Assembly: GCA_001179505.1 (NCBI GenBank)
Contig: CDMY01000500.1
Coordinates: 667-64,666 of the forward strand
Source of the DNA: Vitrella brassicaformis CCMP3155
Lineage: Eukaryota > Protista > Chromerida
Reading direction: 5' to 3'
DNA: 64,000 nt
The notes below the pieces were generated by a model. It saw only the letters and a list, made by a program, of their open reading frames with translations, was not told the DNA's origin and searched no databases. Shown here one piece after another: positions 1 to 11,117 of this stretch (position 1 is its first letter; each line of letters opens with the position of its first letter). A program made the translations under genes and the position numbers.

Positions 1-146
1 CTGCCCCTCCACCGAGTCGTGTGACGGCGTGACTTCGATGTGCCAGCCGTGGCTTCAGCTCAACAACCAGGGGCCCGTCTGTGTGCCCACACGCTCACGC
101 GAACCTGGTAAGTCCGTGTGTGTGTGAGCGACTGAGCCATGCATCC

Positions 147-179
<33 letters not shown>

Positions 180-1297
180 TGTGGCTCTTTCATGCAGTTC
201 GTGTGCCGTCTCACTGTGTGGGCCGTGAGTGCGGGGAGGCCTGGTACACTGTCAGCGGACAGCACTGGAAGGATCAGCACATCACTTTCGACGTAAGCCC
301 GCAAACAGCACAGCACAGCGCCTGACGCAGACACACAGCCACACAAGAAAGGGATTCGTTCAGACGCACAGCGGCCCCTCAACCCCCACAATCGACCGCA
401 GCACCAAATGGCGCGTGTGGCTCGGTATCCCATCCCTGATCACACCACAGACGTGTAGACCCATGTGTGTGTGTGTGCGTGGGGGATCAGGTGAGGCGCT
501 GCACCAGTGGAACCACCGCGACAACCTCGGGACGCTCTGCATGAACGTCCTCGCAAGGCCGGCTGGTATGTGGCTGAGCGTGGACACACACGTCTGCACC
601 CCTCTGTGTGTGTGTGTGTGTGTGTGTGCAGTTGCCTGTCCGGCGTTCCCCTTCTCCACACTCGACAACGGCACTCTCCAGGGCGTCGTTGCCATCAACC
701 ACACGTACGCTGCAGCCACACACACACACACACTCTGTGTGCCCCCCATGTCCCTCTCTCTCTCTCTCTCTGTGTGTATGTGTGTGTGCGTCAGCTCCTC
801 TGACCGCTCCTTCATGGCGGGGGACACCGTGTCTGTGGCGTGCGACACACAGAGGGGATACCAGGCTAAACCAGGGTCGGTGGAGCATCTTGCAATCCAT
901 GCAGACGCTCACTCACTGATTGCATCTCTCTGTGTGTGTGGGTGTTTTGTTTGTGTGCACAGTCATGGTGGGCAGGAGGACCTGTTGTGTCGCTTCCGGG
1001 CCGACTACCGCACCGTCAAGTGGGACGACATCCATATTCGATGCGCCGGTAAGCAGCCTCTCTCTCTCTCTCTCTCTCTGAGCACACTCACACACATGCA
1101 TTGGTTGCCTGTTTAGAATCCACAATCGAGCCGTCATGCTCGCGCGACGAGCAGTGCCGCTGGCCCACACCTTTCTGCCACCCTGACAAGGGCACCTGTG
1201 TCGGTGAGTGAGGTGGCCTCTCTCTCTCCCTCTGCGTGTGTGTGTATGTGTGTGTTCGGTGTGTGCAGAGTGTGTGTCATCGTCATCGAGTGGCTGA
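1..1297 (+). CDS. 3' part of a multi-exon Cys-rich extracellular protein with a Sushi/CCP-like domain and a C-terminal Cys-rich (EGF-like) module; 5' end lies outside the window
   Basis: Hand-spliced GT-AG exons give CPSTESCDGVTSMCQPW..., VACPAFPFSTLDNGTLQGVVAINHTSSDRSFMAGDTVSVACDTQRGYQAKPG..DLLCRFRADYRTVKWDDIHIRCA (C-P..NG...GD.V...C..GY...C...W...C Sushi pattern), then SCSRDEQCRWPTPFCHPDKGTCVECVSSSSSG*. Confidence 0.6.
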
Positions 1298-1329
1298 CGA
1301 ACTTCGTGGCTGTTGATGGGGGGTGACGA

Positions 1330-1730
1330 ACGAGAGATCTGCACGAACACAACAACGAAGATGCCGCTGTTTGCAGCATGTAGTGGCTTCTCCTGCCTCT
1401 CTGACTGCCACCCTACCCTGCAGTGAGTGGCTTGAGAGCTCCAGGGGCTTCGGCTCCCTTCGCCGATCTGCGAGCTTGGGCTGCAGGCAGCAGGCCCCGC
1501 TCTCTCTCGTGTTTTGCGACAGCGGGGCGTTGCAGGGTGTGTGGGAGATGCCCAAAGAGCTGTCGTGATGTCATCGATCGCACGCGCTTTGCCACTTCTC
1601 TCTGAGTGACGCTGATCTGACGCATTGAGGTGAGAGAGGGTGGGCAGGAGGGGCTGATGGCATCAGCAATGACAGTCTGTTCGACCTCTGTGTGTTTGTC
1701 TCAGATTTCCGGCACTTTTATGGCGTCCAG
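1330..1730. repeat. ~400 bp intergenic module, copy 1 (diverged direct repeat of ~4955-5350)
   Basis: Shares long blocks such as gtgtgggagatgcccaaagagctgtcgtgatgtcatcgatcg and gacgctgatctgacgc.ttgaggtgagagaggg..cagatttccggcactttt with 4955-5350. Confidence 0.85.
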
Positions 1731-1879
1731 CAACAGAGCGACAGTCAAAGGCAGCCGAGGAGCCAACTGAGGTACTGCAAGCGAAAGACAAGCCACTCGG
1801 AGGCTCACAGATCGATGAGGCGACACTCATCGCATTCACTGATATGATGTTCGTCCTGTGTTTGTTTGCAGGTGTGCAG

Positions 1880-3163
1880 ATGTCGGCTGCTGCTCGTGAA
1901 GGAGCTGCTGCCTCTACCGACGATCCATCTTCATCTGCTGCGTCGGCTGCTGCCAATGGTAAGCAACACTGTCACTGCAAAATGGCACAATCATGCAGGC
2001 ACGCAGCTGTGTGTGTGTGTGTGTGTGATTGTGTTGTAGGTGCCAGCAGTGCATCGTCACAGCAGCAGCAGCTCCACCACCACCAGGACACCACTCTCAG
2101 CGGCGTGTTGGGCGTCGCGACGTTGATGCCGAGGATCGCCCAACACGTGACGAGCTACTCACAGCTGGCCTACTTCCGCCTCATCGACATCGACCGCCGG
2201 CCGCCCATCTCCCCTGTGCGGGCTGTGTCCCTGACGCCTGACGTCGTGCTGCCCATCCTGATGCGGTTGCTGCCTATTGTGGTGGCGTCACTCGGCCTTT
2301 GTGTGTTGGTGGAGGTGCCCATCCCCCAGCTCAGCCAGGGTGTGGCCGTCACGGTGGCCCTGACCAGGGCCCTCATCGAACAGCTTAGCCGGCGGCTGTG
2401 GATTGGAGAGGGGCGGCAAGTGGGCCAGATGGAAACCTGTGCTGGAGATGCTGTATGTGCTGAGAGGCAAGAGGCCACTGGTGCTGGGTGATGACAACTT
2501 CGGTGTCTTCGGCAGCCGGGCGGCCTTCATGAGTGAGACGGAGGCGGTCCGCCAGTGGAAGATACTCAGCTCGAGGGCCACTTTGATTACTATCAGAGAC
2601 ACCTGATGGACGGCGATAAGAATTTCTGCTGCGGCATTCGCTCAACCTACTATGTCCCCACCCTCCTCAGCTCGGCCAGCCCCCTCTTTCGTCATGCACC
2701 ATTCGACCTCACCGACCCGCACACACAGCTGGCCGGCGGGGCGTACCCCAACTACACGTCCATGGTGGCCTTCGAGCTGTTCCGCTGGCTGATCACCAGC
2801 GGCCACATCAAGCGGATCAGAGCCTGGGCGACTCACCGTCGTGATTCTGCTGCATCCCGGCGTGTGAGTGAGCTGCTCGCGGCCTCTCCCAGCGATGCGG
2901 GGCAGTGGGGGGCGACGGTGGTTGACACGAAGAGGGAGAGTGGATGGCGTTATCGGCTGGTGGTGCTTGGCAGTGAGGCGATGGGCGAGGGGCAGGTGGC
3001 AGCTGTTCTGCTGGCAGATGGGGTGGGAGACTATCGCTCTGTTGAGATCTTCACGACCGAGTCGGCGCCCCACGACCAGACTCGCACTGTCGTGATGAGA
3101 GTGCTGGGGTTTCGCCTGGGGAACACGGTGTTGTGGCGCTTCCCCGGCTGCACGTATGACTAG
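1880..3163 (+). pseudogene. Member of a lineage-specific expanded protein family with two compensating frameshifts
   Basis: ATG 1880, intron 1959-2039. The N-terminal frame stops at 2491; a family-like block LERGGKWARWKPVLEMLYVLRGKRPLVLGDDNFGVFGSRAAFMSETEAVRQWKILS lies in another frame (2403-~2575); the original frame resumes to the stop at 3163. Confidence 0.6.
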
Positions 3164-3459
3164 GAAACAAACACTGGTCGCTGTGTGCCGCTCCTTGACT
3201 GCCTGCCGTCCATGTGATTGACGAAACGCCTTATGGTTATGCAATGAATCGATGTATCCGTCAGATGCGCACACAGATAAGCACTCCCCCACACACCCGA
3301 ACCGAACAGCATCGGACGTTGACACGCATACACACGCACGTGTGAAGAGGGAAAGGCTCCCTCCATCAGTAAACTGCTGTCTCAGTGCAGCCCTTTATCA
3401 ACAGAACAACCCTTTCTTCGCAGCCACACAAATGAAGGGGTGGCCATCTGCGCAATGGA

Positions 3460-3496
<37 letters not shown>

Positions 3497-3803
3497 TGTG
3501 TGGTGACTTCCTGTGAAAGTATCAGGTCATGTGTATCGAGCGCCCCCCAAAGCACACAAACCACCGCACTCAAGGGGTTTTCAGTTGCCGATGAAGTGTG
3601 CTGATCATTCGCTCATTTTTGTGAGTCTGTCAAAGATGAGCACGACGTCCACCCACCCATGGCACTCAGACAATGTAATCAGTCACGTCGCCCATTCAAA
3701 CCCACTCAGTCCCCCTCCACCACTGCTCACACAGACAGGCCCTCTCCACCCATCCAATCCAACAACACCACCCAATCGCCGTCCGGTCACCAGCACTCAC
3801 CCC

Positions 3804-4829
3804 TCACACATCCACCGTCCCCCTGTCGATGACATCACGCTCGAGACCGAAAGCCCTCAGCACACGGCGGACGGCACCGACCGACTCGGGGAAGCGCTGG
3901 GCGATTGGTGCCGGCGCATCAGCAGCAGATGGCTCAGTCGTGTACAGATCGATGCGCCCCGACCCCACCCACAGGTAAGCGGCGAGGGTCTCGTTGCGTC
4001 GGAAGCCGCTCACTATCACAAGACGACAGTCACTCGGGTTTGCAGCATTGAGATGGCCCCCGTCGTAGCGCCAGTCGACAGCGATGCCCTGATCCTCTGT
4101 GATGCCCTCGGTTAGCAGACGGCCATAGCGAGGGTCACCCCGCCCGATGTCTGCCCGCAGCACCCTTCTCTGGCCCACCCCCTCTTCATAGCAGCACTGC
4201 CAGAACAGCCGGGTCAGCAGATATGCCGAGAAGGAGGGGAAGAGATCGCTGCCCCAGCGGTTGGTGGGGTCGGTCCGCTTGTAGCCGTCAGCATAGCGAT
4301 GGCCGCCCGGCAGATCACCATGAGATACCACACGAAACGACACATTACCAATCCGATAGGCCCCATCGTCGGCCTGCTGCAGCGCCAGGCTGGTCCCTCC
4401 GTATGTCAGCTGACGGCCGACGGTTGAGTAGATGGCCATAGTGAGGAGCAGCTGGTGGAAGGCCGTTGCTGTGGGCAGTGAGTCGGCCGACATCTGAAGG
4501 GGCCGAGTCGCATTGGGCGTCAGCCGATAGATGAAGGCCACGCGAAGGAACCGCCCCATCGCTCGCCACTCCTCACCGCTGCCCTGCTCCAGCAGCCAGA
4601 CGACCCTCAAGCCGCCCTCCACGTTACCATCAATGTCGAACGCCAAGACGTCCTCCAAGTCGAGACGCCTGATGGCCTTGTCGATGTGCCGCTGGGCGCC
4701 GTTGAGCAGCGTGCTGGTGACGGTCGCCGAGGTGTGGCCGAGCAGCTCCTGCTGCCGAGTGGGGGTGACGATCTGTGAGGGGAGAGCGGCTCGCGTGGCA
4801 TCGTCAGTCGCCATGGCCATGGCGGCCAT
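3804..4829 (-). CDS. Intronless member of a lineage-specific expanded family (~341 aa), homologous to 22774-24289
   Basis: Uninterrupted ORF from ATG 4829 (MAAMAMATDD...LLEQGSGEEWRAMGRFLRVAFIYRLTP...LYTTEP...). The frame stays open upstream to 5393 through the repeated module. Confidence 0.7.
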   Translation of the reverse strand: MAAMAMATDDATRAALPSQIVTPTRQQELLGHTSATVTSTLLNGAQRHIDKAIRRLDLEDVLAFDIDGNVEGGLRVVWLLEQGSGEEWRAMGRFLRVAFIYRLTPNATRPLQMSADSLPTATAFHQLLLTMAIYSTVGRQLTYGGTSLALQQADDGAYRIGNVSFRVVSHGDLPGGHRYADGYKRTDPTNRWGSDLFPSFSAYLLTRLFWQCCYEEGVGQRRVLRADIGRGDPRYGRLLTEGITEDQGIAVDWRYDGGHLNAANPSDCRLVIVSGFRRNETLAAYLWVGSGRIDLYTTEPSAADAPAPIAQRFPESVGAVRRVLRAFGLERDVIDRGTVDV

Positions 4830-4954
4830 CTTGCTGATGGGCAATGACAGGTCAAAGAGCTCGGCGGGCTGGAAGAGGGGCTGGGACAAAGGCGCTGCAC
4901 CAGTGGGCTGCATCACTCGTGACTGTGGAAAGGTCCCAGAGAGGCGTGGTTTAC

Positions 4955-5350
4955 GTGAGAGATCTGCATGCACACAACAGACACCAAAGGCATCTGGTTT
5001 TTGGCAGTTCGATGCTTCCGCTTCATCTCTGACTGGCATCTTACCCTCCAGTGGGTGGCTTGAGAGCTGCAACGCTTGAAAAGGGGAGCGATCCGTCTGC
5101 GAGCTTGTTTTGCAGATCTCGTCGCGTGGTTTGTGCATTTCGCTGACAGCGTGGCGTTGCAGAGTGTGTGGGAGATGCCCAAAGAGCTGTCGTGATGTCA
5201 TCGATCGGCGCAGATACCGCCGCCCATCTGACTGAGCGACGCTGATCTGACGCGTTGAGGTGAGAGAGGGCGGGCAGAAGGGCCTGCTGGCATCAGTAAT
5301 GACAGTGTGTGCGACCTCTGTGTGTTTGGCGCAGATTTCCGGCACTTTTC
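4955..5350. repeat. ~400 bp intergenic module, copy 2, between divergently oriented genes
   Basis: Direct diverged repeat of 1330-1730. Confidence 0.85.
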
Positions 5351-5394
5351 CGGTGCAGTTCAGAGCCACAACACCAACATCACTGCCACCCACG

Positions 5395-6052
5395 ATGTGT
5401 CAACTACTACTGACCTGCTGTGCAGCACTATGCGGCTGGTGTGGAGCACGATGCGCTTCACTATGCGGCTGTGTGATATGGTGTTTGAGGCCTCTGGGCG
5501 GACCTCTGAGGCGCTGTCTGACGTCATGGTGTCTTCGAAAGAGACTGCAGGTGCGGCGGGTGCTCGTGAATTGGGGCTTTCAACCACCCAACTATGTGCC
5601 TTGGTATCGCTTGGAGCCCGCTGAGTTGCGCGCGGTCTGGCGGTATAGGAACAGCTACCATCATATCAGAAATATAGCCATTGAGATCCGGGACAGCCGC
5701 CTGAGCAATCTGGTAGGCAGCACACACGAAGTCACTGATATTCATTCCCCTCTGCAGTGACTGTCGATGTCGTTTGTCTACCCTTTGTCAGACCCCAGCG
5801 CCGATTGTCATTATCAAGCAGTGCTGCTGTGGCGTCATCACCGTGGCGGCCTTTGTGTGGTTCGCAATCGAGCTGATCAAGTGGTTCCGGCTGGATGAGC
5901 AGTCAACGAAAGGCAAAACAGCCGAAGAAGTCCGCGAGCGGACGATGGAGCTTTGGACTAGTGCAATCTTCGCTGTTTTTGCGGGTGCTGGTACCGCCTT
6001 CGGTGCGTGCATGATGGGGATCCTGGCGGGGATCTGCCCACCCGATCCTTAG
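5395..6052 (+). CDS. Small two-exon hypothetical membrane protein (Cys-rich N-terminus, two hydrophobic segments)
   Basis: Exons 5395-5712 and 5792-6052 join in phase 0 across a GT-AG intron; hydrophobic stretches VITVAAFVWFAIELI and WTSAIFAVFAGAGTAFGACMMGILAGI. Confidence 0.5.
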
Positions 6053-6061
6053 TTAGTCTTT

Positions 6062-6289
6062 ATGTACCCGCAGCCCCAACAACAAGCTCCCGCACCTCCT
6101 CCGGCTCTAATAGGGGTACCTGCTGCTATCCACGTACCTGCTCCTCTGACCGTGGGACTGACAGCGCAGCAGGTGCCGCCGCCGCTGCCCATGCCCCTCC
6201 ATCAGTCGGCCCCAGCACTCGGCGGTGGTGGCGGTGCTGCTGCTACTACGGCAGCTGGTGGCACGGGTATTGGCATTCAGCTGACATAA
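6062..6289 (+). CDS. Possible short Pro/Ala/Gly-rich peptide (75 aa)
   Basis: ATG-initiated low-complexity ORF 10 bp after the preceding stop; no recognisable family. Confidence 0.2.
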   Translation: MYPQPQQQAPAPPPALIGVPAAIHVPAPLTVGLTAQQVPPPLPMPLHQSAPALGGGGGAAATTAAGGTGIGIQLT

Positions 6290-6769
6290 GACGCCGAGGG
6301 GAGGGACGGAGGGAAGTGTGTGTGACGTTTCTGCCTGCCTGTCTATGAGTCGTACGTGGCGTGCGTGTGGCGTTGCTTGCTTGTCTGTCTGTCTGTCTGT
6401 CTGTCTAGTGTGTGTGCGCTGACCGACTCACTGACTGATTCCATTAGCTTTTTGCCTGTATATCGGGATATGATAGACAAAAGACGATTTAATGGATTGA
6501 CTGACACGCGCATGGCCGGCAATGGGTACATCCATCCATCTGTCCATCCAGCAGCTAGATACACAGAATATCAACGCACGAACACGGAGATGAAGGCACA
6601 CACAAGAGTCACACAAGGCATGCAGGCACGCTCTATGCAGGCATCCATTCACACACACACACACACAAACACACGCATTTCTCTTTCTCTCTCTGTGCGT
6701 TCGTGCGTGTGTGTGTGTCGGCCCACCCCCATCAGCCACCGACCGACCGACCCGACCGACACTCCTTCT

Positions 6770-7941
6770 TGATGTACGTCGACACCACTGTTGCGCTGCA
6801 CCCAACCACGCCACAGCCGACACGCATCTGTGCACTCTGTCTGTCTGTCTGTCTGAATGAGCTGCAACCGCCCCAGTGACACCGCTAATCAGACCTGCAC
6901 ACACACACACACACATTCATTTCTGTCAGTATGTGTGTGTGTGTGTGTGTGTACCCACACCATTTCTGTTGCCGAGAGCCGTGGCGAAGAGGCCCACAAT
7001 CCATGTCGCGTGGAGGCCCACCTACACATGCACACATACCATCAACGTGTGTCGTGTGTGTGTGTGGGGGGGGGGGGTCTGTCAGGGTGTGTGGCTACCG
7101 AGGGGTCGAGATTGGCCATGAGGGAGAAGGCCATCGTCTCGGGCACCTGCGCACACACACACACACACACATCAGTACCCATGTGAGTGCGTGTGGGTGG
7201 GTGTGGGTGTGCACCTGTGCGAAGCACACAATGAGGCCGCTGAGTATCTCCGTCTTCCAGTACTGCCACCCCTTCCCCCCTCCCCAGCCATGCACCAGAC
7301 CTGCACACACACACACACACACATCCATATGTGTGTGCCGTGTGTCTATGTGTGTACCTCTTCTCGGAGTCTGCTCTCTCTCTGTGGTGCTCCACATGGC
7401 TGTGGGAGTGGCGGATGGACGGCTTGAGCAAATTAGAGTCACTGCACACCCATCCCGTCCACACCGACACGGACACACAAATCGATAGATACTCGTGAAT
7501 ACACACGTACGATGGATCTGATCTGCCTCTGTTGTGCGCGTGTGCGCGTGCATGTGTGTCCCCACCCCTTCTCACCCACCTGTAAGTGTGCCAGTGTGAG
7601 GGATCCAGCATGACATTCTCGCTACTCGTCGAGCGGGACAGGGGCCACCACCTGCGCGCGTGTCGACAACCACACACAAACGGGATGGGATCATATGATC
7701 CCGTTCTTGTGCTTCGGTGATCGCGCCTCCAAACACACATACACGGACACACTTGTGCACAAAGAGGCGTACCTCTTCCCCTCCCCAAGTCGCTCTCGCT
7801 CACATTCGACACAACACACACACACACATCCGATGCCATTGCGATACAGCTGGATGGATGGATGGATGGATGGATGGAGAGATGGGCGGTCTGCCTACCT
7901 TGCCCAAGAGCTTGAGCTTCCGCCGACGTCTCTGCAGCCAT
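6770..7941 (-). pseudogene. 5'-only fragment of a SulP/SLC26 anion transporter, apparently truncated after the first TM helices
   Basis: Spliced exons give WKTEILSGLIVCFAQ|VPETMAFSLMANLDPS|VGLHATWIVGLFATALGNRN|GLISGVTGA, matching the SulP N-terminal signature (D.LSGL.V....VPE..AF...A..DP..GL.A...G.....G..ISG.TGA). No further SulP exons were found below ~6770. Confidence 0.6.
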
Positions 7942-8270
7942 AGATCAGCCACCCAATGTCCATATCGCAACAACAGCAGAAACCACACAAATATGGACAG
8001 ATCTGCCACGATAGGAGGTCCATTCATTCGGTGTGTGGAGGTGCTGGTGGTGTAGTGGTGCGGCTTACGTCGGCCATGGGCGAGGAGAGGCTGTATGACG
8101 GCAGCCAGGCCAACCAACACGATGGCGGCAAGGCCGGAACGACCCATCATCATCGCTAAGGGTCTGCGAACGGAGTGTGCACTCAGCTGCGGAAAGATCT
8201 CTCCCCGGATGGACGCAGAGAGCGACAAACGCGCAGAAAAAACTCGCGCGCTCGACTGTCCTGGCCACGG
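7830..8270 (-). repeat. ~440 bp module (promoter-like region, first exon and start of intron), inverted copy of 62790-63230
   Basis: Near-identical sequence on opposite strands, including exon MAAETSAEAQALGQ vs MAAEMSAEAETLGQ followed by gtaggcagac and (ccat)n. Confidence 0.9.
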
Positions 8271-8586
8271 ATTGCGAGCTTTCTCTCGAGGGCATCTCGA
8301 TGCGGCCCCTTCCACCGGCCCTTCTGCTTCGCCTCCTTTTGGTTTGCCTTGCATCCATCTTGACGTCACAGGCGTCACGTGTTGTTGTTTCCTTCCTCTC
8401 CTCGCCAGCAGCTCATCCCAGGGGAAGTCTGAAGATCTGGATGAGCACAAGATCTGCAATGACACAGGTGGGTGGGTTGGTGAGGGGGGGACGGTGTGCT
8501 CGTTCATGGTGGTGCTGTGGATGCGCGTGTATGGCTTCGTGTGGTGACTGATCTGCGGCGAGTGCTGCTCTTGTACTGCTTCTCTG

Positions 8587-10056
8587 TTGTCTGTTGACCC
8601 GGTGTTTGGCGCCTGCAATGCCTTGCTCCCTCAGCAAGTGAGCCAAGACAACCTCCCACCCACAACTGCAGAGGTAAGGACAGCATTTGGAGGAGGAGTG
8701 AGACGAGCATGTCACGTCGTGTCTGTTTGTGTGTTCCCTGTCAGGCCTCTTCTGCCGCCCTCCCCTCCCTCCCGCTCTCCCAACGCGTCGCAGTGGCCAA
8801 GTCCTTCGAGCCAGTGCCCTTCATCCCTCCACTATGGGCGCGGAACCAGCACATCCAGACCATCTTCGGCTCAGAATCCGTCCGCACTCGGCTGTTCGGT
8901 CGGCACAGCCAGTGGCCCTTCATCGACGACCTTGTTCGGGCGCGTGTGGACACGCCGGACGGCGATTTCATCGACATGGACTTTTACTACTGGGATGGTG
9001 ACCGTGCCCATGAGCTGCACCGCTGTGTGGCGGAGGGGCGTGTCGAGAAGCCGTCGACCAGCGACCCGCTTGTGCTGGTGCTGCATGGCCTGGAAAGCAA
9101 CTCGAGGAGCCCTCTCTGTCTCAAGATGGCCCGTGCCTTCCACGCGAGGAACTTCGACGTTTGTCTGGTCAACTTCCGATCTTGCTCCGGCGAGTTGCCG
9201 AGAACGGTGAGCAGTCCTGACGCGAGAAACCGTTTGCACATACACACATTCTGACCACTCTCGCCTGATGCCTTGTGTTTAGGTCCGCGCATACAATGTG
9301 GGCTTCACGGAGGATCTGCAGTTCCTCGTCGAGCGGTTCCGTCACATCACTCCCTCGCGGCCACTGTTTCTCGCTGGCTTCTCGCTTGGCGGCAACGTGA
9401 TCACCAAGTGGCTTGGTTCCATGGGAGAGGAGGCCTATGCGGTCAAAGGCGTCAGGGGCGCCGCGGTGGCCTGCGTGCCGTTCGATCCATTGGCAGCCCA
9501 GCCCAAGATCGACTCCCCTGGCTTCTCGCGTCTGGTTTACACCGGGAACTTTCTTCGCACTCTCAAAGTGAAGGCCGAAACTCACCATCAGAGGTGAGAC
9601 AAACGCCCTCTCGCACACAAAATGGGCGCAGGCATCCATGGGTTTCTTGTGCGTGTCAGGTTCCCTGGGTCGTTCAACCTCGATGGCGTCCGCGAGGCCA
9701 AGACCATCGGCGAGTTCGATCGCCACTTCATCGCCCCCATCTTCGGCTTTGCTGACAAGAAGGACTACTACATGAAATCGGCGTCCAAGCCGCACCTGCC
9801 CTTCATCCGCACCCCCTACATGGCCATCAACGCGCGGGACGACCCATTCGTTGACGATGAGTCGCTTCCACAGGAGCGTCACGTCGACCACGTGGCCAAG
9901 CAGCACACCGATGACGTCGGCGCGCCGGTGCGGCTCGTGTATACCGAGAAGGGAGGGCATTGCGGGTTCTACATGGGCAAAGGGGGGTGGTCGCTCGCTG
10001 AGGAGATGGGGAGGTTCTTGGGCGATGTGGACAGAGCCCATAATGGGCTGCTGTGA
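8587..10056 (+). CDS. Alpha/beta hydrolase, YheT/ABHD1-3 family; start codon uncertain
   Basis: NQHIQTIFG, DTPDGDFIDMD, LVLHGLESNS, NFRSCSGE, nucleophile elbow GFSLGGN, acid ARDDPFV, His GGHCGF; introns ~8674-8744, ~9208-9282, ~9594-9659. Confidence 0.9.
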
Positions 10057-10311
10057 AGGCATGAGTGCGCGTGTGTGTATGAGGGAGTTGGGGGCTTTTT
10101 GCCGTTTTGGACAGCAGTCGATGCATTGCGCAGCAATGGACAGTTTTGTGTGTGTGTGTGGGTCCATTGGGACGAGGGCGGGAGTGGAATGACTCACTCA
10201 TGGCTCGTTCGTCAACAGATGTGTGCGTGCCGAGGGAGTGTCTTCACGGGCATGAAGCGTATGTCTTCTCTCTCTCTCCCTCTTCTTGTATATGTGTGTG
10301 TCTGTCTGCAG

Positions 10312-10817
10312 GTCGTAAACCGCGGGCAACAGGGGCGGCCGTCATCCATCCATTTCGTGACAAACAAGATGTGCCCCTTCGCCCAGCGCACCTGGATCGC
10401 TCTGGAGGAGGCGGGCCTGCCTTACAAGCTGACAGAGGTCTCACTCTATGGCGCGGGGGGCAAGCCAAAGTGGTTTCTAGACCTCAACCCAAAGGTACCA
10501 ACACACACACACACACACATGCGTTCGTTCATTCCCTCTGTCTGTCTGTCTGTCTGTAATGGCAGGGCCTGGTGCCCGTACTCGTCATCGACGGCCAGCC
10601 TGTGGCGGAGAGCGAGGCCACCCTCGACGCCATCGCCGAGCTCGCCCCGTCCCTCGCCACCCCCACCCCCAGCAAGCGGCAGCAGTGGCGCGACATGCTC
10701 GAGCAGCGGCTGATCCCCGTCGGCAAGGCGGCGGTGCTCAACCCATCATCGAAGAACATGGCCGCGCTTCGAGTAGTCATTGCCGAGTGGGAGGCTAAGC
10801 TGCGGGAGAGGCCGGGG
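10312..10817 (+). CDS. Glutathione S-transferase, omega/lambda-like, copy 1 (cut by gap)
   Basis: MCPFAQRTWIALEE..., KPKWFLDLNPK|GLVPVL...VAESE (cis-Pro VP and ES motifs); sequence ends at the N gap. Confidence 0.85.
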
Positions 10818-11117
10818 NNNNNNNNNNNNNNNNNNNNNNNNNNNNNNNNNNNNNNNNNNNNNNNNNNNNNNNNNNNNNNNNNNNNNNNNNNNNNNNNNNN
10901 NNNNNNNNNNNNNNNNNNNNNNNNNNNNNNNNNNNNNNNNNNNNNNNNNNNNNNNNNNNNNNNNNNNNNNNNNNNNNNNNNNNNNNNNNNNNNNNNNNNN
11001 NNNNNNNNNNNNNNNNNNNNNNNNNNNNNNNNNNNNNNNNNNNNNNNNNNNNNNNNNNNNNNNNNNNNNNNNNNNNNNNNNNNNNNNNNNNNNNNNNNNN
11101 NNNNNNNNNNNNNNNNN
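10818..11117. other. Assembly gap (300 N)
   Basis: Run of exactly 300 N. Confidence 1.

Noticed and set aside
229-1116. 295-aa ORF as a single-exon CDS (likewise 48258-49715, 30708-31706, 7042-7941)
   Set aside because: Read-through of short in-frame introns filled with CA/GT repeats; the spliced models are more coherent
8506-8586. In-frame TGA inside a possible signal-peptide leader of the hydrolase (MVVLWMRVYGFVW*LICGECC), considered as Sec/Trp recoding
   Set aside because: No SECIS-like evidence, other TGA codons act as normal stops here, and the true start is simply uncertain
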